Part shown: piece by piece, positions 1 through 12,255 of the stretch
Numbering within the stretch: the first letter of the stretch is position 1
How the letters are laid out: each line of letters opens with the position of its first letter
NCBI RefSeq assembly: GCF_964204645.1
Contig: NC_134035.1
Location: 12,928,451 to 12,992,450 of the forward strand
Origin: Tubulanus polymorphus
Taxonomy: Eukaryota > Animalia > Nemertea
Reading direction: 5' to 3'
DNA length: 64,000 nucleotides
The notes under the pieces: model-generated
What the model was told of the DNA's origin: nothing
The model's input: only the letters and a program-made list of their open reading frames with translations
Database searches by the model: none
Translations under genes and position numbers: made by a program

Positions 1-182
1 TGACACTAATGTGTACAGTGACATTATTCATTGATGATGAACTACAAACACCAGATATTAGACATTTTATCAGCAGACTTTCAAAAACTGATCGTCCATA
101 CTTCATACTTAAAAACTATGTAGGCCTACTGAATGTCTCGAAGGGATGGTTCTAGGCTCGAGGCCGCAGATTAAGTACGTAC

Positions 183-510
183 CGGTTATAAGAACTGTTT
201 TTCCCAGCGCAGGTAAATGACTCGCCGGCAATATCGAATATATGAACAGACAACAGACAGCGAACGACATCACACCGGCCGGACCCTTCAGGAAAAAATG
301 ACACGCCGGTTCCCCGACGAATAGAACGGCTAAACTAACAATCGAACGAACTCCGAATCGAAATTCATTCGTAAAGAATTTCGAAAGAATCGCCATCGCG
401 AACACGACAGTTATCAGTGAATAGATGACTGAATAGAATAGAAAATCATCGTCTAATACTAAACCAACAACGTCATCATCATCATCAGCAGCAGCAGCAG
501 CATCGTTCAT
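183..510 (-). CDS. First coding exon of a membrane-anchored short-chain dehydrogenase/reductase (BDH1/HSD17B2/retinol dehydrogenase-like); the gene continues left of the window
   Basis: Hydrophobic N-terminal segments followed by LPALGKTVLITG, the start of the SDR Rossmann TGxxxGxG motif, interrupted by a phase-1 donor GTACGT at 182-177. The remainder of the listed ORF is intronic. Confidence 0.75.
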
Positions 511-905
511 CGTATAACCCGATTATTGTCACAAAACCAAACCCCTACCTACGACACGTACGCAATTATTAATTACAGAGCGCGCTTGCTAATTAGTTAT
601 CACACTACGCTTGCAATCAGCCGAGTTTAATTAATTTCTCGGATTTAGGTCTCGGTTTTCCTAGAAATGTCATATATATATGAGCCATCCACGTTCCCGT
701 CTCGACCCGTTACTGTCTCGACCCGTTCCCGTCTCGACCCTACCGTACAATAGCGCCACCACAGTCGATTATTTGAACTAAAACACTACGGCGCGTATCG
801 GATTCGTTTTTCGCATGTGAACCTACCAACAATTTTAAAAAATCAAATTAGATTTTTGAAAACTTTTCATTGAAAAGATCGAATGATGGAAACGGTATAA
901 GCTTA

Positions 906-1099
906 AGTGCAGATCCGCACCTCCCCGCGTAAACGGTTCAATCAATTACATTTAATATCAACACGTATTTCAGATTCAAAATTCAGCAATTCAGTGGTTT
1001 GCCATTGGTTAATTTTTAGATATCTTCACTAGAAAGATTTTAGCCTGGATTCTGTCATTCAGCAGATTGCGTCAATCACGAGAGGTGTGGATCTGCACT
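906..1099. mobile_element. Small MITE nested in the left arm of the foldback element
   Basis: TIRs AGTGCAGATCCGCACCTC / GAGGTGTGGATCTGCACT (1 mismatch) with TA on both sides; absent from the right arm. Confidence 0.7.
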
Positions 1100-1469
1100 T
1101 ACCAAGAAAACGCCTCCAATGTCAACAGAAGTAAAAATTCAAGATGCGAAGTAAGCAATTTCCCGTCGAGATTTCCTCCCAGAAATAATATATATTTACT
1201 GGTAAAGCTAAACTAATTTCAAATATAATCTTGAATGAATTACACGAGTGTAATTATTTTGGTTTCTAAAAAATAAAATCAACTTTCTTTAAATCTCTCA
1301 AACCGTTTTTTCAAAAAACGACCCGGCCCGGGGCATTTTGTTTGGGGCATGTTTATTGCCATTAATCAATTCGAATTCATCAAATTTATGAAGAAAATTA
1401 ATGTCTGAATTTTGCGAAAAAAATAAAGATGATTGTTAAATTCATGACGCGTTATCTTTCTCTACAGAT

Positions 1470-2453
1470 CCCGTGGGTTTCTCCATGGACCCTATGTTCC
1501 TGTCTCGACCCTTCAAACCTCTCTCTAGTCTCTACACAGTCCCGTGGACACTATGTTCCTGTCTCGACCCTTCAAACCTGTCTCTAGTCTCTACACAGTC
1601 CCGTGGACACTATGTTCCTGTCTCGACCCTTCAAACCTGTCTCTACTCTCTACACAGTCCCGTGGACACTATGTTCCCGTCTCGACCCTTCAAATCTGTC
1701 TCTACTCTCTACACAGTCCTGTGGACACCATGTTCCCGTCTCGACCCTTCAAAACTGTCTCTAGTCTCTACACAGTCCCGTAGACACCATGTTCCCGTTT
1801 CGACCCTTCACACCTGTCTCTACTCTCTACACAGTCCCCTGGACACCATGTTCCCGTCTCGACCCTTCTAACCTGTCTCTAGTCTCTACACAGTCCCGTA
1901 GACACCATGTTCCCGTCTCGACCCTTCTAACCTGTCTCTACTCTCTACACAGTCCCGTGGACACTATGTTCCCGTCTCGACCCTTCAAATCTGTCTCTAC
2001 TCTCTACACAGTCCTGTGGACACCATGTTCCCGTCTCGACCCTTCTAACCTGTCTCTAGTCTCTACACAGTCCCGTGGACCCTATGTTCCCGTCTCGACC
2101 CTTCACACCTGTCTCTACTCTCTACACAGTCCCCTGGACACCATGTTCCCGTCTCGACCCTTCTAACCTGTCTCTAGTCTCTACACAGTCCCGTAGACAC
2201 CATGTTCCCGTCTCGACCCTTCTAACCTGTCTCTACTCTGTACACAGTCCCGTGGACACTATGTTCCCGTCTCGACCCTTCAAATCTGTCTCTACTCTCT
2301 ACACAGTCCCGTGGACCCTATGTTCCCGTCTCGACCCTTCACACCTGTCTCTACTCTCTACACAGTCCCGTGGACCCTATGTTCCCGTCTCGACCCTTCA
2401 CACCTGTCTCTACTCTCTACACAGTCATGTGGACACCATGTTCCCGTCTCGAC
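1470..2453 (+). repeat. 59-bp tandem satellite, about 17 units (left arm)
   Basis: Unit approximately CCGTGGACACCATGTTCCCGTCTCGACCCTTCAAACCTGTCTCTACTCTCTACACAGTC, repeated at a 59-bp period. Confidence 0.97.
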
Positions 2454-3019
2454 ATTTTTAGTGGACACAGGTTTAAGATGTTGGCTGTGTGTTACGTATC
2501 TTGTATCAAGATATTTCGATATAAGTAATGATTTGTCATTCACGATTTGTCGGGCTACAACAGGCAGAAAAAAAAGAAAATTAAGATGAGAATGAAAGCC
2601 TTTCGTATTGAAGACCATGGGATTCAGCCAAGGAACATTGTAGCCTAGTTATACTTCTGATATACCTACCGAATTATCGATTATCAAAAATCTAGAATTT
2701 CGACTATTAGGACAATGTCGGTTGTAATCTTCTGGTTCTTTGAGTTCGTTCTAATGAGTTTTCATGGTAATGTGTATGGTACATATTCCTGAAAATTTCA
2801 CTGAGTTTGATTGAAAATTGTAGAAATTTTCCTTATGTATACATGTATCAATATTCAGTCCGTCGGCATCGATTTTGTAGATTTCTCATCTTTTTAATCA
2901 ATGAATATTCGACCAATTTTAATATTAATTTCCATCTTTTTAAAGGCTCGTCCCACTGAGTGGAAATATTACAAGCCGATTAGATATGTCAGAGTATCCC
3001 AGAAACTGTCTAGAAACGG

Positions 3020-5940
3020 ATGTGAAGGGTCGAGACGGGAACATGGTGTCCGCGGGACTGTGTAGAGACTAGAGACAGGTTAGAAGGGTCGAGACGGGAA
3101 CATGGTGTCCACGGGACTGTGTAGAGAGTAGAGACAGGTGTGAAGGGTCGAGACGGGAACATAGGGTCCACGGGACTGTGTAGAGAGTAGAGACAGATTT
3201 GAAGGGTCGAGACGGGAACATAGTGTCCACGGGACTGTGTAGAGAGTAGAGACAGATTTGAAGGGTCGAGACGGGAACATGGTGTCCACAGGACTGTGTA
3301 GAGACTAGAGACAGGTTAGAAGGGTCGAGACGGGAACATGGTGTCCACAGGACTGTGTAGAGACTAGAGACAGTTTTAAAGGGTCGAGACGGGAACATGG
3401 TGTCCACGGGACTGTGTAGAGAGTAGAGACAGGTGTGAAGGGTCGAGACGGGAACATGGTGTCCACGGGACTGTGTAGAGAGTAGAGACAGGTGTGAAGG
3501 GTCGAGACGGGAACATGGTGTCTACGGGACTGTGTAGAGAGTAGAGACAGTTTTGAAGGGTCGAGACGGGAACATGGTGTCTACGGGACTGTGTAGAGAG
3601 TAGAGACAGGTGTGAAGGGTCGAGACGGGAACGTAGTGTCCACGGGACTGTGTAGAGAGTAGAGACAGGTGTGAAGGGTCGAGACGGGAACATGGTGTCT
3701 ACGGGACTGTGTAGAGAGTAGAGACGGGTGTGAAGGGTCGAGACGGGAACATGGTGTCTACGGGACTCTGTAGAGACTAGAGACAGTTTTGAAGGGTCGA
3801 GACGGGAACATGGTGTACACGGGACTGTGTAGAGAGTGGAGACAGATTTGAAGGGTCGAGACGGGAACATGGTGTCCAGGGGACTGTGTAGAGACTAGAG
3901 ACAGGTTAGAAGGGTCGAGACGGGAACATGGTGTCTACGGGACTGTGTAGAGACTAGAGACAGGTTAGAAGGGTCGAGACGGGAACATGGTGTCCACGGG
4001 ACTGTGTAGAGAGTAGAGACAGTTTTGAAGGGTCGAGACGGGAACATGGTGTCCACAGGACTGTGTAGAGAGTAGAGACAGTTTTGAAGGGTCGAGACGG
4101 GAACATGGTGTCCACAGGACTGTGTAGAGACTAGAGACAGGTTAGAAGGGTCGAGACGGGAACATGGTGTCCACAGGACTGTGTAGAGACTAGAGACAGT
4201 TTTAAAGGGTCGAGACGGGAACATGGTGTCCACGGGACTGTGTAGAGAGTAGAGACAGGTGTGAAGGGTCGAGACGGGAACATAGGGTCCACGGGACTGT
4301 GTAGAGAGTAGAGACAGATTTGAAGGGTCGAGACGGGAACATAGTGTCCACGGGACTGTGTAGAGAGTAGAGACAGATTTGAAGGGTCGAGACGGGAACA
4401 TGGTGTCCAGGGGACTGTGTAGAGAGTAGAGACAGGTGTGAAGGGTCGAAACGGGAACATGGTGTCTACGGGACTGTGTAGAGACTAGAGACAGTTTTGA
4501 AGGGTCGAGACGGGAACATGGTGTCCACAGGACTGTGTAGAGAGTAGAGACAGATTTGAAGGGTCGAGACGGGAACATAGTGTCCACGGGACTGTGTAGA
4601 GAGTAGAGACAGGTTAGAAGGGTCGAGACGGGAACATGGTGTCTACGGGACTGTGTAGAGACTAGAGACAGGTTAGAAGGGTCGAGACGGGAACATGGTG
4701 TCCAGGGGACTGTGTAGAGAGTAGAGACAGGTGTGAAGGGTCGAAACGGGAACATGGTGTCTACGGGACTGTGTAGAGACTAGAGACAGGTTAGAAGGGT
4801 CGAGACGGGAACATGGTGTCCACAGGACTGTGTAGAGACTAGAGACAGTTTTAAAGGGTCGAGACGGGAACATGGTGTCTACGGGACTGTGTAGAGAGTA
4901 GAGACAGGTGTGAAGGGTCGAGACGGGAACATAGTGTCCACGGGACTGTGTAGAGAGTAGAGACAGGTGTGAAGGGTCGAGACGGGAACATGGTGTCTAC
5001 GGGACTGTGTAGAGACTAGAGACAGGTTAGAAGGGTCGAGACGGGAACATGGTGTCCACGGGACTGTGTAGAGAGTAGAGACAGTTTTGAAGGGTCGAGA
5101 CGGGAACATGGTGTCCACAGGACTGTGTAGAGAGTAGAGACAGTTTTGAAGGGTCGAGACGGGAACATGGTGTCCACAGGACTGTGTAGAGACTAGAGAC
5201 AGGTTAGAAGGGTCGAGACGGGAACATGGTGTCCACAGGACTGTGTAGAGACTAGAGACAGTTTTAAAGGGTCGAGACGGGAACATGGTGTCCACGGGAC
5301 TGTGTAGAGAGTAGAGACAGGTGTGAAGGGTCGAGACGGGAACATGGTGTCCACGGGACTGTGTAGAGAGTAGAGACAGGTGTGAAGGGTCGAGACGGGA
5401 ACATGGTGTCTACGGGACTGTGTAGAGAGTAGAGACAGTTTTGAAGGGTCGAGACGGGAACATGGTGTCTACGGGACTGTGTAGAGAGTAGAGACAGGTG
5501 TGAAGGGTCGAGACGGGAACGTAGTGTCCACGGGACTGTGTAGAGAGTAGAGACAGGTGTGAAGGGTCGAGACGGGAACATGGTGTCTACGGGACTGTGT
5601 AGAGAGTAGAGACGGGTGTGAAGGGTCGAGACGGGAACATGGTGTCTACGGGACTCTGTAGAGACTAGAGACAGTTTTGAAGGGTCGAGACGGGAACATG
5701 GTGTACACGGGACTGTGTAGAGAGTGGAGACAGATTTGAAGGGTCGAGACGGGAACATGGTGTCCAGGGGACTGTGTAGAGACTAGAGACAGGTTAGAAG
5801 GGTCGAGACGGGAATATGGTGTCCACGGGACTGTGTAGAGAGTAGAGACAGGTGTGAAGGGTCGAGACGGGAACATAGGGTCCACAGGACTGTGTAGAGA
5901 GTGGAGACAGATGTGAAGGGTCGAGACGGGAACATGGTGT
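3020..5940 (-). repeat. Same 59-bp satellite in inverted orientation, about 49 units (right arm)
   Basis: Reverse complement of the left array; higher-order duplication at an offset of 1888 bp (32 units), for example 3376-3870 vs 5264-5758. Confidence 0.97.
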
Positions 5941-8137
5941 GGGGAACAACGTGATCTAGAAATCAACGCGTCATAAAATTGAACAAGATCTTTATTTTTT
6001 TGCAAAATTTATACAATAATTTTTTTTTCATAAATTTGATGAATTACATTTGAATGGATAAATGGCACAATGAAACATGTCCCAATTAAAATGCCGCGGG
6101 CTGGGTCGTTTTTAGAAAAATGGTTTGAAGGATTTAAATAAAGTTGATTTTATTTCTAAGAAACCAAAATAATTCAACTCGTGTAATTCATTTGAAATTA
6201 GTGTAAAGCTTTTAAACAGTGAATATATTCTTCCCAGATTCTGGGAGGAAATTTCGACGGGAAATTGTTTTTCGCATCCTGAATTTTTACTTTAATTCAC
6301 ATTGGAGGTGATTTCCTCATTCGATCTTTTCAATGAAAAGTTTAAAGAATCTAATCAAGTTCTAAAATTGTTGGGAAGTGTCACTGATCGTTCTGTGAAA
6401 ACCGAATCCGATACGCGCAAGTGTTATGGTTCGAATAATCGACTGTGGTGGCGCTATCGTACGGTAGGGTCGAGACGGGAACGGGTCGAGAGAGTAACGG
6501 GTCGAGAGGGGAACGTGGATAGCTCATATGCAACTCAGAAATGTTATAATAACACGCGAAATGTAGAATGTTGGCTAGAAATTTGTGTCAATAAAGATTG
6601 AATTTAAATTCAAATCAAGATATTGTCATTGATTCAAATCATATAAGAAATAATGAAAAAGTTTCTTTATCTCCAAAATAAACATAAGTAAAATACATAT
6701 TTCTACTATGATGTTTAAAAAAGCGCCTTATGTCGGCCAAACACAAAAGTGTATCGGGTACGTTTAATATTCGTACGTCGATGGAGGAGACTGATGGAAC
6801 GCCGGCGCGCAGCGGGCACTGACTGGTCTGTTGGGGGGGGGGGGGGAACCCTCACAGGGTTAATAGTTCTAAAATCTAACTTTGAAGCTGGCTAAATTTA
6901 TCAAATTAGGTCTAGATCCCTCCGCAATATGCCAAATTTCATGCCAGGTTTAGAACTAACCGATTCACACACAGTACATTTATTTAAGAATTGCCAACAA
7001 CAAACATATGAATTCAACACTGAATTTCATATTTCTGCAATGTTTTTATGGCATTGTGGCATTGGGACTGTGGTATACACGGTGCGGGCCGGTCATCACA
7101 TGAGTACAGCGTGGTGGCCGACTCAGGCTTCAACGGCGTTGTTTCCTGTCCGAGCCCAGGCAAATTATACTCTGGAAGTAACTAACATGGTCAATTCGAA
7201 TCGAAGATGATTGCTTACCTTTTTCGAATATGTCCTTTCAATTGTGGCTTAAATGGAGGGATTTTATGCCCCAATGTGCTTAAAGATTGCATCTCAGAGC
7301 CTCGGAAAATTTTGTGGCAGTGGCCCAGATCCCCATATCTGGCTATGGTGCCTTTCCAGTTATCACCAACCTGTCCGGGTGGTGAAACATAGATCCGTCC
7401 CCGAAGATAACCTTGGTGGCATTACATTATCTACTCAGGAGCTCTAGCCACCAGCCAGCGCATCTTAGTCATCTTAATGTTCAAGTTTTTTTTGGGGAGC
7501 CCCCCAAACCCCCCTTCATGACAACGCACCTTTTGCGCTTGGCTATTTATCATGCGCACGATTTAATGTCGCACCAACGGATTTTCGGAGGCTACGCCCC
7601 CTGGTGCAACAATGAATTTGGTTCCAAACGGGGAGAGGTTGGACTGGATAAAAATTGCTTTGATGACCAACACCTTTAATACAAGAAATTCTAAAAAATC
7701 AAGCGAAAATTTAAAACAAAAAACGTCTAGTTTTTTATTTTCTTTCAACACACACGTAAAAACACACTTCAAATTAAATGGATCCATCAAAAACCTACAG
7801 CAGTATAATAGAAGTTAACAGATTACTGTAAATAAATAGAGATTTTGAACACAATCGCAGTCACTCTTTTCAGCAGGTATGATCATGCGGCTGCGGAAAG
7901 ACAACCCCTGGCAAGCGAGGATGACAGACGGCGATGAAGCAGATTAAAAATGATTCTTTAGTTAGATTTTTAAGCACCAATTATTTCAAACAATTTCGGT
8001 CATTTTTTTTTATTTAGACAATTTCGAAGCGTCCAAATCTTGGACCAAATGAAATGAAAAATAAATTCAGTTGCCCGTTCATTAAAGAATAAATCATTAT
8101 GTTTTCTTAAGATTATTAGTGAATCATCTTCCATTTT

Positions 8138-9589
8138 CTATGATGAATCTCGTCTCAAGGTGGCACTGGGTGTTAACTCAAACGTATTGTAATCCAATTC
8201 ACTATTTCCGGTTCCGTCTTGGAATAACTTCAGATCGTCTGTAGTTCTTTGACGCGCTAGTTTAGATTGTTCATCCCAATCTAAAACAAATATGGCGTAC
8301 GAAAAGAATATGAGCGCATTCAAAACGCACATACTCTGGTATCCTATTATCACACTCAGAGCACCTAACCGAGTAAAATATAATAGAATCAAACCTAACG
8401 ATGTTCCTAGTATTAAATTCACCAAAAACGTTATTGTAATTATAGCAATTTTAGCGCATCCTCGAATTGCAGCACTAAATATAACATCTACAGCAAATAG
8501 GGGCAAAGTTGCTCCAATGTACAGTAAAGTCAATTTCAGTTTGGCTTCGACCGAACTATCGCTAGCAAATCCCCGAGCTAAAACATCGTGAAGCGAACAT
8601 ATCAATACACCGAGAACTACAGTCACCATCACCGAAACACCTTGATAAAAGAACAAAGCTCTTTTGGCTGTCTGACCGTCCCTGGATGATAACAGGAAAC
8701 CGACTCTCATACAACACGCCTCTCCCATACCCCAACATATATTGCGGTTTAAAAAGATTAATTGCATCGAGACACCTAATGCTACAAGTTCGACCACTCC
8801 AAAAGTACCGGTCAAAAACATACCGATTATTAGAGATATACCAACACACATTATTGAGACTGATGACCCGATAACCATTATAGTGATCTCCCATAGATTC
8901 TTAAATATGTCCGTATTAATTCTGTATATAGCGATAGTATCTCTATTAACCAGAGACGATCCAATACCCATGGTAACTGTTCCGATGAAAAAAAAGACAA
9001 TTAAAGAGATGACCACCCCTAGACTGGCCAAACGTAGTACGATAACCGTGACGTAACAGATTACTGCGGTGACAACGTTGTTCAATACTGCTACAATAAC
9101 GACCGGTATAACAATATCCTGGGACATTAAAAAACGCGTTAAAACACTACTCGATAGTATGAAAATGTTATCTGGTGTCATCACCATCAGCATCCTCCCA
9201 GCCTCTTCAGCAACCGTTGCATTTTGTCCGAGAAGCATGAATATTTTGTCAGCAGTGAAATTTAACGGTATTAACAATAAACCGCCACAAATCAGTATCA
9301 ACAATCCTCTCTGTAGCAACAAGCGTAAATAACGATAGTTTTTGGCGCCGAAAGCTTGCGAGAATAATCCTTCTGTACCCATCGCCATACCCATACCGAA
9401 CGCGTACACCAACCAATAAAACGTTGTTATCATCGAAAAAGCGGCTTGCGAAAGTAAATTTGATTGAGCAATCATTAAATTACACGTTATAATAGGCAAA
9501 TCGGTCAAAATGGGAAGCACTACAATCGGCCATGACGTCACAAGAAAGAATCGTAATTCCTCACGCAACCAATCCGGAAGTGGTTTCAT
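8138..9589 (-). CDS. Intronless MATE/SLC47-family transporter, copy 1 (483 aa)
   Basis: About 12 hydrophobic segments; MATE motifs EELR..WP, EGLFSQAFGAKNY..L.LLLQRG, G..EL, A.CMRVG..L, AAIRG. Confidence 0.92.
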   Translation of the reverse strand: MKPLPDWLREELRFFLVTSWPIVVLPILTDLPIITCNLMIAQSNLLSQAAFSMITTFYWLVYAFGMGMAMGTEGLFSQAFGAKNYRYLRLLLQRGLLILICGGLLLIPLNFTADKIFMLLGQNATVAEEAGRMLMVMTPDNIFILSSSVLTRFLMSQDIVIPVVIVAVLNNVVTAVICYVTVIVLRLASLGVVISLIVFFFIGTVTMGIGSSLVNRDTIAIYRINTDIFKNLWEITIMVIGSSVSIMCVGISLIIGMFLTGTFGVVELVALGVSMQLIFLNRNICWGMGEACCMRVGFLLSSRDGQTAKRALFFYQGVSVMVTVVLGVLICSLHDVLARGFASDSSVEAKLKLTLLYIGATLPLFAVDVIFSAAIRGCAKIAIITITFLVNLILGTSLGLILLYFTRLGALSVIIGYQSMCVLNALIFFSYAIFVLDWDEQSKLARQRTTDDLKLFQDGTGNSELDYNTFELTPSATLRRDSS

Positions 9590-10773
9590 TTCTCCTTCCT
9601 GTTGCTTGTTGGTTTTTTTCTTATTTTACTTGTTTAAACTGAACACGCGAAAATGTTGTCTCACTTCCCGTTTATGAATCCACAAGATTTAATGTCCTGA
9701 AATGATCATAACACTCTTTCAACATGATGTGAGAATTCACTAAAACGTCTTGAATTTGAGATATAAACAGACAAAAAGTGTCTTAAAACGGAAACTTTCA
9801 TGATCTCTCTGTCACTTGACATTAGGTTTATTTTCTCGAACGGAAATTTATTCAATATTCTACCGAATAATTTCTAAGGATTTTAGAACAAAGGAATGCC
9901 AATATGGGAGACATGCGGGAGACAACCTGGCTAAAAAGGTGTCTCCAAAAAGAAAGAATGCACGAATTGAACGCTCATTGAATTGAAACATTTGGTTCGA
10001 TTATTCTAGAAAATGATTTAGAATATAAAGATTTGTGATTTACCTCATAATCAATTTCTTCTCGCAATTAAGAATGTAGAAGGCACTTCTTACAGCGAAT
10101 TTCAAACACGCATAAGCCCTCCAACCTCACTATCAAGAATGCAAACGGCACCTGTTCGGTGAAACGGGGTGCTCTTCATTGTAAATGATGTAAAACTATT
10201 TCTATACATTTCTGTACATGACGCATCATTTGAATATATTTTCATATGAATATATACATATATAATCGCGAAATTGATGAACCGCCTGATATTTCTGAAT
10301 GTGATATAATCCGATCATAATTGTGTCGTATATATGCGATGCAGTACCGTATATACAACAATATTTTCAGTTCATAATTCATTTCAACATTTTCGACTTT
10401 CGAAAACAAAGTAACAGTCTTGCAAAATGAATGATTTAATTTTTTCCAAACTTCGCTAAGAGAATCCTCAATCCCAAAATAATATCAACACACACGGCAG
10501 AATATCGTCATATGTTGTTATTTTATTCATCCCTCTCCCGGAGTGTGGCGTGTGACTGGAATTCTCATCTCTTCACAAAAATCCCCCATATCTAAAGCTC
10601 TCGTGATGTACCCTAAACTAAATCATGTTGGTTAATTCTATTTCTAAAATGTGTTTCTATTAGTTAGGTCGATGTGCTGCTGCTGCAACATTTCTTTATG
10701 GATAAAATAAAATAATCGATGCGCTTCACAAAATAAAACACAGTACAAAGAGATCGTTAAGATTATTTCTGAT

Positions 10774-12255
10774 TTATTTTACTGTTTCTGGACCATCTGT
10801 TTTTGATGATGAATCTCGCCTCACGGTGGCGCTGGATGTTAAATCAAACGTGCTGTAACACAATTCTCCATTTCCGGTTTCACCTTGAACCAACTTCAGA
10901 TCGTCTGTAGTTTTGTGACGCGCTAGTTTAGATTGTTCATCCCAATCTAACACAAATATGGCGTACGGAACGAATATCAACGCATTTAAAACACATGAAC
11001 TCTGGAATCCTATTACTACACTCAGAGCACCTAACCGAGCAAAATATAGTAGAATCAAACCTAAAGATGTTCCTATTGTTAAAGTCACGAAAGAAGTTGT
11101 TGTAATTATGGCAATTTTAGCGCATCCTCGAATTGCAGCATTAAACATCATATCTACAGCAAATACGGACAAGGTTGCTCCCATGTACAGAAACATAATT
11201 TTCAGTTTGGCTTCGACCAAACTATCGCTAGCAAATCCCCGAGCTAAAACAACATGAAGCGAACAAATTAATACACCGAGAACTACGGCGACCATCATCG
11301 ATATACCTAGATAAAAGAACAAAGCTCTTTTGGCCGTGCGACCGTCCCTGGATGATAACAGGAAACCGACTCTCATACAACACGCTTCCGATATTCCCCA
11401 AAATGTATTGTAGATGAAAAAAATTACTTGCAACGAGACGCTCAATGTAACAAGTTCAACCACTCCAAAAGTACCGGTCAAGAAGATACCGATTGTTAGA
11501 GCTGCAGTGATACACATTGTTGATGCTGTTGACCCGAGAGCCATACTAGCCACCTCCCATAGATTCTTAAATATGTCCATATTAGTTCTATATAAAGCGA
11601 TAGTGTCTTTATCAACCAGGACAGATCCAATACACATGCAAACTGCATTGAGGACAAAAAATACAAGTAAAGAGATGGCCGCTCCTAGACTGGCCAAACG
11701 TAGTACAATAACCATGACGTAACAGATTACTGCGGTGATTACACTGTTGAATATTGTTGCAATAACGACCGGTAAAACAATATGCTGGGACATTAGAAAA
11801 CGCGTAAAAATATCATTCGCGAGCACAAAAATGTTATCGGGTGACAACATCATCAGCATCCTCCCAGCCTCTTCAGCAACCGTTGCATTTTGTCCGAAAA
11901 GTATAAATATTTTGTCGGCAGTGAAATTTAGTGGCAATAACAATAAACCGCTACAAATCAGTATCAACAACCCTCTCTGTAACAACAAGCGTAAATAACG
12001 ATAGTTTTTGGCGCCGAAAGCTTGCGAGAATAATCCTTCTATACCCATCGACATACCCATACCTAATGAGTAGACGAGTCCAAAAAATGTACATACCAAA
12101 GAAAAGGCGGCTTGCGAAACCAGATTGGATTGAGTAACCATTATAGTACACGTTAAAAAAGGCAATTCGGTTATAACGGGAACAACTACAATCGGCCATG
12201 ACGTCACGAAAAAGAAACGTAATTCCTCACGTAACCAATCCGGAAGTGGTTTCAT
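10774..12255 (-). CDS. Intronless MATE/SLC47-family transporter, copy 2 (493 aa)
   Basis: Full-length ORF with the same motifs; paralogue of copy 1. Confidence 0.92.
   Translation of the reverse strand: MKPLPDWLREELRFFFVTSWPIVVVPVITELPFLTCTIMVTQSNLVSQAAFSLVCTFFGLVYSLGMGMSMGIEGLFSQAFGAKNYRYLRLLLQRGLLILICSGLLLLPLNFTADKIFILFGQNATVAEEAGRMLMMLSPDNIFVLANDIFTRFLMSQHIVLPVVIATIFNSVITAVICYVMVIVLRLASLGAAISLLVFFVLNAVCMCIGSVLVDKDTIALYRTNMDIFKNLWEVASMALGSTASTMCITAALTIGIFLTGTFGVVELVTLSVSLQVIFFIYNTFWGISEACCMRVGFLLSSRDGRTAKRALFFYLGISMMVAVVLGVLICSLHVVLARGFASDSLVEAKLKIMFLYMGATLSVFAVDMMFNAAIRGCAKIAIITTTSFVTLTIGTSLGLILLYFARLGALSVVIGFQSSCVLNALIFVPYAIFVLDWDEQSKLARHKTTDDLKLVQGETGNGELCYSTFDLTSSATVRRDSSSKTDGPETVK

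Larger units (their letters stand above)
682..6525. mobile_element. Non-autonomous foldback DNA transposon with long TIRs, Sola-like
   Basis: The left end GAGCCATCCACGTTCCCGTCTCGACCC is the inverse of the right end GGGTCGAGAGGGGAACGTGGATAGCTC. ATAT flanks both ends (678-681, 6526-6529). Diverged arm similarity continues 682-890 vs 6316-6525 and about 1110-1460 vs 5960-6308, then through the inverted satellite arrays. No transposase ORF in the 2454-3019 spacer. Confidence 0.85.

Noticed and set aside
34-90. Box C/D snoRNA-like ATGATGA...CTGA in the SDR intron
   Set aside because: It is antisense to the host gene and is part of a dispersed repeat also found at 46010-46262.
1470-5940. CRISPR-like regular repeats and many ORFs (MFPSRPF...)
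   Set aside because: There are no unique spacers and no cas genes, and the context is eukaryotic. The ORFs are frame-rotating translations of a 59-bp satellite.
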